This document shows positions 40,757 through 52,636 of a DNA stretch of 64,000 nucleotides, piece by piece. Origin of the DNA: Octopus vulgaris (taxonomy: Eukaryota); assembly GCA_951406725.2 (NCBI GenBank), contig OX597822.1, positions 27,776,001 to 27,840,000 on the forward strand. The letters run 5' to 3'. Under the pieces are notes generated by a model. That model worked only from the letters and a program-made list of their open reading frames with translations, made no database searches and was not told where the DNA came from. Made by a program: the position numbers and the translations under genes. Within the stretch, counting starts at the first letter, position 1, and the number at the start of each line of letters is the position of its first letter.

Positions 40757-41392
40757 AATAAATAAAATTTGGAGATCTTTGGTTTTCCTTTCTTTAATGT
40801 ACCTTTTAGTAAAGATTTAGGTTCAATAACGTTACTCCTGCGTTTTCTCGTTTCAGCCTATTACTAACCCGATTTACCTGCAACAGTGAATCGCTGTTAA
40901 AATCTGCTGAAGTCAGGTTGCCATTTAAAATATTTTTATAAATAAAATAGTTCTAGAAAATTGAAACCGATGGATATATTAAATTTTGCTACTGATTCTA
41001 TATAAATTGGATTAACGAAATCCCGCCGCACATATATTTTACATTAGTATCTCACAGCCATTCTCTGACGCACAAACTCCCTTCCTCTCTTCATATATAT
41101 ATATATATATATGTGTGCATGTGAGTGTGCTTGTGTGTGTGTTATATGTATGTATATGTGTATGTATGTATGTGTAATTGAAGTAGCTAAGAAATGTTGA
41201 AAATCGATGTGATACTTTCTCGAACGAAACATAACTCCTATTCTCGTCATGAAGCTATTTTAATAAAAGATCTTCACACTTCATATTAACACTTTCATAC
41301 ATTATTTCAAGCATCTAAACAATGGTGTTCTGGACACATATTCCAAGAAATATTGAGATATTTATACATATACACACATACATAAACACATG

Positions 41393-41670
41393 TGGAGGCG
41401 CAATGGCCCAGTGGTTAGGGTAGCGGACTTGCGGTTGTAGGATCACGGTTTCGATTCCCAGACCGGGCGTTGCTTGTGTTTATTGAGCGAAAACGCCTAA
41501 AGCTCTACGAGTTGGTGGCGATCCCTGCTGTACTCTTTTGCTACAACTTTCTCTCACTTTTTCTTCTGTTGGCCTGCTCGCTTAGCCATTTGAAGACTAA
41601 AACAATGCATAGCGCATTGTGACCAGCGATGTGTAGCAACATCTGATAGTCTTGTCGGTCACGGTGATCA
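41393..41670 (+). mobile_element. SINE family C, tail type 1
   Basis: Colinear with 10877-11185. Confidence 0.85.
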
Positions 41671-42519
41671 CATAAACACATACACAGACTTTTGTATATA
41701 CTCACATATGCGCACAAACTCAAAGACATCCACAGACTCACACACACATACATATAGATAGATTGCTTGCTTGATTGATTGATACATGCATTTACAGATT
41801 TATATATATATGTTTTACTTGTATGTATCAATATATATGTACTCTTGTATGTATGTACACATGTATGTATGACTTTTGCAAGTCCTTCCAACCGGGAATA
41901 TTTATGTTCCATTTTAACCTTCGTCGGTCAACAAATATGGGAAAAATATGAATAAAGATTGAATTACCTACGATTAAGAAATGAGTGGATGAATGTTATA
42001 TGTAATGAGGTCGTCCATTGTGCATGGGAAGGAGCAAGAATGTTTGGAGGAAAAGCGTTTAAAATAAAATTTAAATATTTGAGTTTCTGTGTCTATGCGT
42101 TTGTGCGCATGTGTCTGTACGACCTCGAGTGTGTGTCTTTTACATCTGTTACGCATTATTTGCTACCGGTTGGAGGATGAAAATTCTTCCCAATATGCGT
42201 ATAGGTGTCCGATCTCACTTGCGCTGTGTTACTGACACTCACCCAAAAGCAGCAGCACTTTTCTTAATTTAAGTGTATAAATGATTTTTGATTAAAATAT
42301 ATTTAATAAAGACTGATTAAATATATGTCAGAAACAGTTGTATTTCAACTGAGATTCGTCTTAAACACACCTTTGAAATTCTGTGATTATGAAAACAAAC
42401 TGGAAAATTAATAGAAACCGAAATAGCAGGAGGTAAACGTCTCACGGGGTGGGTGTCATTGTTCGCATGATGTGTGGAAACCGAAGTACACAGACGAATT
42501 TCCCCCCAACACTAACCCG

Positions 42520-42612
42520 TAGCGGTATTTCGTCTGCCGCTACGTTCTGAGTTCAAATTCCGCCGAGGTCGACTTTGCCTTTCATCCTTTCGGGGTCGAT
42601 TAAATAAGTACC
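42520..42612 (+). mobile_element. OK-type SINE core fragment
   Basis: Near-consensus core, truncated at both ends. Confidence 0.85.
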
Positions 42613-43434
42613 ACCTACTCATCCAAAACTGGAACTACAACGCATGACAAAATTGTGGTTTAAGATGTAAGGATGTGCCCCCAATATATGAGACATTCGT
42701 TCTGGATCCTTCATAGCCTGGGAAACTCTCGACATTACGTTACTACCTCAAGATATATACATCAATGTCTTTGATTGAATGTCCTGGAAATAAATAAACA
42801 AATGAAATAAATATAGAGCTCATGAGAGCTTCCATTACTTAAGCATTCTAATATAGCAAATGGGATTTATTGATTAGTATGTCAAACATTATCTGTTCTA
42901 GACAATCAAGTCCTCTAGATCGAAAGAGCAACGTTGTTGATATAACATCCTCTGTTTTGGTGCATGAAACGTAATTAGTAATTTTGCTAATATGTGACGT
43001 AAGCTCTTCAACTCTATACCTTATGCTCTCGAAGTTGTCGCTAATCTAGATTATGGAATAACATTTTGGCGATACGTATATATAAATACACAAACACGCG
43101 CACACACACTTTATATATATATATACACATTACTGTTTTGTGATTGTTGACTTAAAGATTCCAATACATCGTAAAAGCATTCAGGATATTAAGCTATTCG
43201 TTACTGATCCACTACAGTTTCTGATTTGTACGCATCATTATTTTCTGGAGAAGTATATCCCAATTGATGCTGGAACAGCCAGATATATTCTTCTTTCTCT
43301 TTTTTCGCATATCCACTTATTATTTACCTAATGAAGTATCAGATTGAGTAACATTCTCAATATGAACATGTCTACTATCCTAACTATTGCGCTTTATAGA
43401 TGTTGTGTTCATGACATCATTACTACTGAAAGTG

Positions 43435-43690
43435 AAGGCGGCGAGCTGGCAGAATCGTTAGCACGCCGGGCGAAATGCGTAGCGGTATTTCGTCTGGCGC
43501 TACGTTCTGAGTTCAAATTCCGCCGAGGTCGACTTTGCCTTTCATCCTTTCGGGGTCGATTAAATAAGTACCAGTTACGCACTGGGGTCGATATAATCAA
43601 CTTAATCCGTTTGTCTGTTCTTGTTTGTCCCCTCTGTGCTTAGCCCCTTGTGGGTAGTAAATAAATAGGGATTTCGTCTGTCATCACGTC
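43435..43690 (+). mobile_element. Full-length OK-type SINE followed by the start of a second unit
   Basis: Head, core and tail, then ATTTCGTCTGTC directly after the tail AAATAGGG. Confidence 0.9.
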
Positions 43691-43749
43691 CTCATATTCC
43701 ATCACCGGAGGGTAGAGTGTCATATCTCACCTTCTGTCCTAATGAGTCG

Positions 43750-44645
43750 ATGTTTTACCAAAAGTTTTCTTTTAATTGCTTATAGTTTTCTGTGTCAATA
43801 ACAGCACATTTCATGTCTTCTAGGAAATCCTTTTCTGGCATATTCACTTTTATTACTATTTTTATTTTATTTAACTTCTCAATGGCCGAGCTCTTTGTGT
43901 AGATCATCAAATATGTCTTATTACTATGCTCGGCAACAGATGTATGTTGCTTAAATGTGTCTGTTTGTGTGTCTGTAAACCTATAGGGAAAAGCTGGGTT
44001 GTTTGCGGTGATGGATTTTGTTTCTGAGGTGTCTAAATTGGTGAGATGGGTGTGTTTCCTGTCTGCTTTTTCTGTGTGTTTTGTTCTGTGTGTTGTTTAA
44101 TATCATCTTTCTGGGTTTTTTTTTTTGGGGGGGGGGGGGTCTTTCAAGGAGGTGAATGGTTTGCTTCCTTCCTCTTTCTGCTTGGAACTTCCTTGTATTC
44201 TTCATCTGTATATGTCATTTCTGTGTTTTCTCATCCTGGTTTTCCTCCTCAGGCATTTGGTTCTTGATTTGGGGACAATTTGCTTTCATATGTTCTCTAG
44301 TCCTACTGTGATAGCAGGTGGGAGGTCTTCCCTCTACCACCAATCATAGCTTTATACCTTCGGTCAGCTCGATTTCTTCACATATTTCTTCGAGATCATT
44401 TGCTTTGTCCTTGTAACACGCAATATTGTTGGGTTTTCCTTCGTATCCGTCAATATTGCATCTGTGAGCCACATTCAGCTATCTCAGGGGGTACCCTGCC
44501 ATTCCTGACACTCACAACACGCTTGCCGAGATAGGCTGTAAGGAGCAACAATTCTTCCATCCTCAATGGTGTCGTGGAGTGCGTTATTGCTTCCTCTATG
44601 GTGGCAAAACGCACTTCCGCTGTGTCGAAAGTCTTCTTCTACTGA
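43750..44645 (-). pseudogene. Decayed ORF1 (gag-like, zinc knuckle) of a non-LTR element, copy 2
   Basis: Frame-broken minus reads [18 protein letters not shown] and LVVEGRPPTCYHSRTREHMKANCP are homologous to 46850-47160. Confidence 0.7.
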
Positions 44646-44694
44646 AGAATATATATATATATATTTTGATAAGTATGTATATATACATACATAC

Positions 44695-44747
<53 letters not shown>

Positions 44748-44796
44748 TATGCATACATATGTATACGTACATATATATATATATACGTACATATAA

Positions 44797-44858
<62 letters not shown>

Positions 44859-45527
44859 CAATGCTCATAAATTTTTATAATATACCTATCAAAAGAATAT
44901 CATGTACCAAGCAAAGAGGAGAAAAGTAATAATTTTCTGGCAAGCTTATCTCTACTGTAGGTTCTATTCCCATGTGCGTCATAGCAGTTCACTTTTTATT
45001 CATATCTGCTAATTACACACATAATACTATTTTCACGAACTATATGTTCCGCCTTGCAGATTACTCTTGACGCACAATATAAACACAAAATTTTTAGTTG
45101 TTATCCAAGAATCTCGTAAATATTATGTGACTTTATGTTTCTCCATATGTAAACGTATTTATTTTATGTGAATGAATAACCACTAAAATGGCATAATCGT
45201 CTTGTCAATTCTCTATATGACACATGTCTTAACTTGGTCATATCTTGCCTTCTATTTTTCTCTGTAAGGACGCTCGCAGATATAAAAAAAATTAGCGTTG
45301 TTTTGAAGACTCTTACGTTGAATTTGTAAAATATATATATAGATAAGTTCATAGGGGTGTCTGTGTTGGTGTGCATGAATGTAAATATAAAGCATAATAT
45401 GTTATACATCTATGTATATTCTTGTAATTGTCATTTTAGTAAATAAATAAATAAATTGACATAATATGTCTAAAAGTTGATGAAGCACCTATTGATTCCC
45501 TCCATTTTCTTAATGCTCTCGCTCCCC

Positions 45528-45562
<35 letters not shown>

Positions 45563-45590
45563 TTATATATATATATATACATATATATAT

Positions 45591-45735
45591 ATTAATTTAT
45601 TATATAGAAGGAGTTTCAGGACTAGTACTGTTTCATTCAAGAGAAATCTTCAGGAAGCTTCAGGGCTTCCTGAAGATTTCTCTTGAATGAAACAGTACTA
45701 GTCCTGTAGAAGCTCCTTCTATATAATAAATTAAT
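45591..45735. repeat. Fold-back palindrome (about 70 bp arms, 6 nt loop) next to (TA)n
   Basis: 45591-45658 is the reverse complement of 45665-45735, except for a 3 nt indel and one substitution. Confidence 0.95.
45663..45715 (+). ncRNA. Type I hammerhead ribozyme candidate
   Basis: GGGCTTC CTGAAGA TTTC TCTT GAAT GAAA CAG TACTAGTC CTG TA GAAGCTC. It has a 7 bp stem I, CUGANGA core, short stem II, GAAA, 4 bp stem III and a GUA cleavage triplet. The base of stem II is U-U instead of R-Y. Confidence 0.7.
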
Positions 45736-45878
45736 TTTACTCTGCTATGTATTGAGTACCTTACTTACTGTGGTTAACCCCGAATCAACCCGGGACCTAC
45801 AATATATATATATATATATATATACATTTGTGTGTTTGTGTATGTGTGTGTACATGTATATACACACAAACATATGTG

Positions 45879-45925
<47 letters not shown>

Positions 45926-45965
45926 GGTCAGGCAAAATGTATATACACACAAACATATGTGTATG

Positions 45966-46011
<46 letters not shown>

Positions 46012-46013
<2 letters not shown>

Positions 46014-46275
46014 GGGTCAGGCAAAATGATCTGACACATTTGTAGGTTAAATAAAAGGCAAATGAAGTAAAGAAACAAAAAAGTGTTTTTATTTTTGAAA
46101 AGTACATATAATACCATTTTGTTTCATTATGTTTTAAAAATTAAATCAGTCAAATGGGATCCATTATTGTCCACACACTGTCGAAGGCGTTCACAAAAGT
46201 TGTCAATAACTCGGCGGGTCATTTCATGTGGAATGGCAGTAATTTCTTGACGAATTGCATCTTTAAGTTGTTCGA
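46012..46275 (-). mobile_element. Tc1/mariner-superfamily transposon 3' end
   Basis: Terminus CAGGGTCAGGCAAAATG beside (TA)n. The minus strand reads IEQLKDAIRQEITAIPHEMTRRVIDNFCERLRQCVDNNGSHLTDLIFKT*, a typical Tc-type transposase C-terminus. Confidence 0.8.
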
Positions 46276-46349
46276 TCTATTGAACAACTTAAAGATGCAA
46301 TTGAATCAGTGAATTTATTTCACTTGAAATTCTGTAAGTTTTCAAAGGT

Positions 46350-48166
46350 GATTAAGCATCGACAGATAGCAGGCCAAGCTTTTTGTTGCTTTTTGAAGAA
46401 TTCGAAGCGAGATTTTGTGCGAAGCCACCATCGTTGGGTGGAAGTGTATAATAGAAGAAATGAAGACTTACGCAGAAGCTACTGGAGGTCGAGATACCAT
46501 AGACCCGTGTGTGCTGAAGCCGAAGAGGATGAAGTGGAATGAAGAAAAGATAGCAAAATATTATGGCATGATATAAAAGAAGGGTCAAACATAAAAATTA
46601 CCCTGCCAGAGGAGGAAAAAGTAAAATGGAAAGTAGGACGGTGATATTCAGAATATTTTCGAATGAAAATAGAATAGAGCACGCGCCGCAGAAAGAGATA
46701 GAGGAAATATTGAAGGAACGAATGGGTGAAGGAATAACTTTCTTTACAAGAGGAAGGAAATACGCGACTATAATGGTCACCATTGAACAGAAGAGGAGGA
46801 GAAATTGAACGACAGCTGAACTGGTAATGAGAAAGAAATGGATGTTGGTGCCGAACTGTTTGGGCAAAAGAATCGTCTGGGCCAGGGTCGGAAGAATCCC
46901 ACCGTCGATAGACCCAGAATGGGTAATAATCGCAACTTTTAATTCTGAGCTGGTGAAGGGAAGTGAAAACCTGAACATTTGCATAGTAAGCAGAACTCAA
47001 CAATTGAATTGAGGGGAATATGATATTGAAGTAATTTGCGCGGGGAGCTCAAAATGTTACGAGGAAATGGCGGAAACTGAAAAACTGGAAATAATGTTGG
47101 AGGGGAGACCCCCAAAATGTTACGGATGCGGTGAAAGAGGGCACCTGAGAAGGAAATGCCCTAGAGCAGCAGTAGAAATGGTGGAAGAGAGTGTTCAGGA
47201 AGATATAGTGGTGGGAAAAAAGCAGAAGCAGAGAACAGAATATGACAGGAATTTGGCGGAGGTAAAACTCGGGAAAAGAGAGAGAAGAAAGTCACCGACG
47301 ACAGTGGAAGTGAAGAAGTGCAAAGGAATGGAAGAAGAAACTCAACCCACGACGAGAAACGGAGAAAATTTATGAGTGGAAGTACCATCAAAGGAATTAA
47401 ATGACAAAGTCATGCAGGCCAGAAAGACAACCCAGAATTACGGAAACCTAAAGACATAGACACACAGAGGAAACGCGTAGAGTTGCAGTCAAACGAACAC
47501 ACAGACAAACAAATACAAGAACACACAGACAAACAAATACAAGAACACACAGACTTAGAGACAGAAATACAAGAACCCATAAAACAGCAAGAAAATAGAA
47601 ACAAGAAGAGACAACATTAAAAGCACAAGCGAAAAGAAAAATTACAGTGAGATAGGACGCCCCAACTTGGAAGGAGTGCAAAATTGAAAGACAGTGTGAT
47701 AGATAGAAGTGATAAGTTATTTTAATTTTATAAGGACTGTAACTGAGAGAAATGATTGTTTGAACTGTTTAGGAAAAAAGGAAAAAAGAATGTAAATTTT
47801 GAAACTGTTTAATGAATAGGTTTCCTAAAGTTTTTTTTTTAACACTGTGATAAACATTTGGGTCTTCTTTAGTTTTAAAAAAGGAAACGAAATAAGTAAG
47901 GACTGTATGAATATTGATTTAAAAGGTTTATTATAGTAGGGTAAAAGCGAAGAGTGAAGTCGCGGTTTCGCCTCGGAGCGAGGCTAAAGATTGTGTAAAA
48001 GTTAATGGTAAAGAAATACACGGTTTCATCGCGCAGCGGAAGCGATGTGGTCGGGTCATTTACGTTGAATATATTTATTTCACATTCATCTTTCATATGT
48101 TTTATGTTTCTGTATATCTGTGTATGTCCCCTCTGTAATTAAGCCTTGTGCCTGTAATAAAGAATT
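46350..48166 (+). mobile_element. ORF1-only non-LTR-like element (Tx1/L1-like gag with CCHC knuckle), pseudogenised
   Basis: ATG at 46460 starts MKTYAEATG. Broken frames continue through LGKRIVWARVGRIPP and EGRPPKCYGCGERGHLRRKCP. No endonuclease or RT motifs follow. It ends CCCCTCTGTAATTAAGCCTTGTGCCTGTAATAAAGAA. Confidence 0.7.
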
Positions 48167-48689
48167 TTGCTAGCAACCCAAACCACGTCTGATTGATGAA
48201 GAGCAATGATTCTGAAATTAGTCTAGTTTGAAAACGCAAGAACAGAGAACGCTTGTGTTACATAGCCAACTGGAAACGGTGTTTCTTAGAGCTAAATAGC
48301 AGTAGCATTCTTACCTTTTTCTGGGAATGCCACATTAAGTTGGCAACAAGCGATCACTTTATCGAGTTGCTACTGTATAAGTGGATGAAATGTTCATGAT
48401 ATATCTTTCGTTTATATCAAAGTCTGATAATGTTGATATATTTCAGTAAGAAGAGTGGATGAAATGATCATGAAGAAATGGTAAAATATATGTTATATAT
48501 CATAATATCGAACATAATATAACAAAAGTAGAAATGTTCACTAGACAGAACCGTAAAAAATTACAATGCCAATATATTTTATTTAGTTGAGAAGCATTAT
48601 TATGATATAGTCGTTAGAAGTACAACACTCAATGTTCTCAACAGACCGTCGCCCCCAGAAAAGAATGTAATATTATCGTCATTATAAAA

Positions 48690-48910
48690 ATGCGGTGAGC
48701 TGGCAGAATTGTTAACACGCCGTGCAAAATGCTTAGCGGCATTTCGTCTGTCTGCACATTCCAGGTTCAAATTCCCCCGAGGTCGACTTTGCTTTTCATC
48801 CTTTCGGGATTCAATAAATTAAGTACCGGTTGAACAATGAGGATGATGTAATAGACTTGCACACTCCCGCCAAAAATTCCTGACTTTGTGCCAAAATTTG
48901 AAACCACTAT
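48690..48910 (+). mobile_element. OK-type SINE
   Basis: Head GGTGAGCTGGCAGAA, core and alternative tail. TATTAT(C/A)GTCATTATAAAAAT flanks both sides. Confidence 0.85.
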
Positions 48911-49019
48911 TATAGTCATTATAAAAATTATCAATGTAAATCTCTGTATTAATTCTATTATATAGTATTGTGAAGAAGCAGCATTATGGGGTAAATATAT
49001 GAGAACATAGAATTAATAT

Positions 49020-49421
49020 ATTCCTTTCTACTCTGGGCACAAGACCCGAAATTTTGGAGGACGGGGCCAGTCGATTAGATTGACCTCAGTACGCAACTGG
49101 TACTTAATTTATCGACCTCGAAAGAATGAAAGGCGAAGTCGGCTACGGCGAAATTTGAACTCACAACTTAAAGACAGATGAAATACCTATTTCTTTTACT
49201 ACCCACATGAGGGTTGAACACAGAGAGGACAAACAAGGAGAGACAAACGGATTAAGTCGATTATATCGACCCCAGTGCGTAACTGGTACTTATTTAATCG
49301 ACCCCGAAGGATGAAAGGCAAAGCCGACCTCGACGGAATTTTAACTCAGAACGTAGCGACAGACGAAACATCGCTTAGCATTTCGCCCGGCGTGTTAACG
49401 TTTCTGCCAACTGGCCGCCTT
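49020..49421 (-). mobile_element. OK-type SINE dimer
   Basis: Junction GATGAAATAC|CTATTTCTTTTACTACCCAC at about 49186. Confidence 0.88.
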
Positions 49422-50419
49422 ATATATGTAATATAAAATATGATGATAATATGAAATACGTAATACTAATGAAAAATGAAGTGTTAATATAAATATAATA
49501 CGTGATTATAACAAATAATATCAGAAAATAATAGAGGCTGATATTTTCCAGTGATAATAAGATATGATAATCTAATAATAGTGTGAGAATATAATTATAC
49601 AATATGCGAAAAATAGAGAGGTTATGCAGTCTAAGAGACTGGAGTAGATTGTATCGTTTCGCACATAAAATAAGAGTGTGTGTGCGTGTGTGTGTGTGTG
49701 TGTGCGTGTGCGTGTACATATGCATGTGAGTACACGTGTGCGAGAGTGTGCGAGCGTGTGTGTGCATGTGTATGTGTGTGTGCGAGCGTGTGTATGTGTG
49801 CGTGTGTAGAAAAAGAGATCCGTCTGTTAAACATGAGATATATATACACAATGAGCGGCATACTGTCACAATTTCAGATTTTTCTAATTTAAATTCTGTG
49901 TGCTCGTGAAGAGAACACGGTGTTCCATCGCCGTTGTAATGAAGTATCTTACCTAAATCGTGTATACATATAGAAATACCTGATTCGGTACATATATATT
50001 AAGTGGATTCGCGTGAAAACTGGCAGACATGTGGAGACGGGTGCATATATTGGAATGGGCTTTGTATTTCTTCCTAGCCCCATAGTTACGGAGAAAATGG
50101 ATTACAACTTTTTCTAATGAAATTTCCCTCTTTGTTCCGCCATTAAAACAACCAGTTGCTTACACAGCCGGCATATACCATTTCGCTATCAACGAGGGGA
50201 GTACAGGGTGATAGCCAGCCAAAACTTTCGCTATGCTGTCTCTTCTTTAACCTCTTTGTGGGGTTAATGATTTTAATCTTCAGTTACAGTTTCTCATTCG
50301 AACTACATAATAGGCAGAATACTCGGATTAAGAAGGAGATTTCGCTGCTATTTCTACCAGGTGTAGTTACCATGTATATATATATATATACTGTATGTAT
50401 GTATACATATATACACAGT

Positions 50420-50463
<44 letters not shown>

Positions 50464-50732
50464 TGTATGTATATATATTGTGTATGTATAGCTTAGTTTT
50501 TCCTTGGGGCTGGCCGGATCGGAGCGATCTCAAGATTAATCAGCCGAAATTGCGAGGATGATCCGGTTCTTGACTGAAGATTGAAGGCTTCGAATATCCC
50601 GTCCGTGTTTTTTGTATCGTCTTCTAAATGTTTTACGTTCTTGTCCCAGTTTGTATTTTTCTACATATAATAATATATATATATATATATACAAACATAC
50701 ATACATACTGTGTGTATATATATATTCTATTT

Positions 50733-51075
50733 TCTAATTTCACCTCAGAGTTGTGGCCATGCTGGAGCACCGCCGTTTTGCTACACTCTTATTGAGAGCC
50801 TCTTCTATCATGTGGCATTAGGTGAATAAGGGAGTTTGATGTCACAATCCCCATCTGCACCTCTTGCCGCAAGATAGGGTCATCTTGACAGGAAGAGATC
50901 TAGTTTTTATATGAAAACACCTACATTCACTTTTCGTTGATCCCTTAGGCTCTGAAACCCAGACTATTGTAGTAGTCCTAAAGTGCGGTAGCATTACGGG
51001 GATCTTTCGCACTGTGCAGTGTCGATCCGTTCTGGCATTTGTGTAGATTTCAATGCCAAAATTTGGCACAAAATC
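50733..51075 (-). mobile_element. CR1-clade LINE 3' fragment
   Basis: PNFGIEIYTNARTDRHCTV is homologous to 52980-53045. Tail GGCGGTGCTCCAGCATGGCCACAAC..GTGAAA. Confidence 0.85.
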
Positions 51076-51096
51076 CTTCCAAGTTATTTCATACTG

Positions 51097-51172
<76 letters not shown>

Positions 51173-51259
51173 CGTAAAAAGGTTCAATATAGATTCCGCC
51201 TTTAATTTTCCGGTTTACCAAAAAGATTTCTGACGTTGATTCTTCATATTTTGCTGGTA

Positions 51260-51450
51260 GTTTACAGGCATAAGTTTGCGAATATCAAAGTAATAGTTGT
51301 ATATGATGTGTGGGGAATTTATGGGAAGACATTCCACAAAACTCCTCAATTTTGCTAAAAATGGAGAAGACAATTTCTTAAAATCTATAATAGAATTTTA
51401 GACGATGGCTTCCTACAGAGATATGACCTGAGAGTTGACTGTCAGGTCCT
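51260..51450 (+). mobile_element. Possible highly decayed Penelope-type RT fragment
   Basis: YNRILDDGFL lies about 45 codons after a G.KFA-like read, spacing compatible with PLE RT motifs 4-5. Weak evidence. Confidence 0.3.
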
Positions 51451-51956
51451 ATCTTAATTCAAATATAGCCCCTTTCCATTAGACATGTCTAATAAAATTA
51501 TTTGCTCTACGCTACTTATTTGGAGTTATAATTTCTAATCTCCTTACTCATCTATAGGGGGAAAGTCTCTGATTCCTCTTTACTTATATTCACAAATAAC
51601 CGTTATAGTTTTTAGTTTCTGTTAATATCTAACTTGATTCGCATCTCTTTCTCATAAGGATAAATGCGAATCTCCTAGATTATATTCTTCTGCTATTTCC
51701 TTTCTAAAGTTCATTGTAAATTTTTTTTAATACTTTCTGTATTGAAGTGTACATTGATATATATAATTAATTAATTTATGTAATTATTTTAATCTAATTT
51801 AATCAATTCAATCATGAATTTGCATGATTTCTATATCTATGTACGAAATGATCGTCTGCATGAATTAAAAATTAACAACTTGTTTTGTCTATTTTTAACT
51901 AAATTGATGAGTCTTAAGGGATTTATTTCTATAAATTCACCACACATCCTATTCTA

Positions 51957-52043
<87 letters not shown>

Positions 52044-52094
52044 GATGTATGTATGCATATATATATATATATATAAATATATTCTGTATATAAA

Positions 52095-52508
52095 CTTAGA
52101 TAAGATAAAAACTTAGATATGTTTCGACCAAAGATTGGTCCAGGCCATGTCTAAATTAATAGCACCACCTGATAGGATTATCTGAATCCTGTTTAAGTCA
52201 AATTTTGTTTATGGTCCATTCAAGTAGTGAGTTTTTGTGGGGGGAGTTGTATCCAATTATGGGCGGCTTATCTGCTATTCCTTGAAAGAATCTATCCAAA
52301 CTCCGTTTTAAGTTGATGGGATCCTTTTCCTCTTTGAACTCTTCCGGGACAATGTTAAATAGGGCAGGGCCTGTTGAGGAAAAGAAATTATGTTGCAGTG
52401 TACATGTATGCTGTGATCTTCAATTGTGCAGGGGACGTATGGCCCGCGGTCCCAATCTTGGATGAACTTTGAAGCTAATGTTCAGGTCGTTTGAGCAAAG
52501 TTGGTAGT
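52095..52508 (-). mobile_element. CR1-clade LINE 3' fragment (different subfamily)
   Basis: Minus strand: HPRLGPRAIRP...FFSSTGPALFNIVP...LKRSLDRFFQGIADKP...NSLLEW. Tail GGTGGTGCT..CATGGCC..CGAAAC. Confidence 0.8.
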
Positions 52509-52528
52509 ATATATATGTATATATATAC

Positions 52529-52562
<34 letters not shown>

Positions 52563-52573
52563 TGTATGTGTGT

Positions 52574-52614
<41 letters not shown>

Positions 52615-52636
52615 TATATACATATATATATATATA

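Noticed and set aside
48188-48228. TTGATGA AGAGC..TTCT GAAA TTAG TC hammerhead-like motif
   Set aside because: The core is mutated and stem I does not pair, so it is too weak to call.
50505-50610. CTGAAGA...CTTCGAA repeat between (TA)n tracts
   Set aside because: Could not draw a complete hammerhead (no GAAA, no stem I); probably an unclassified repeat.
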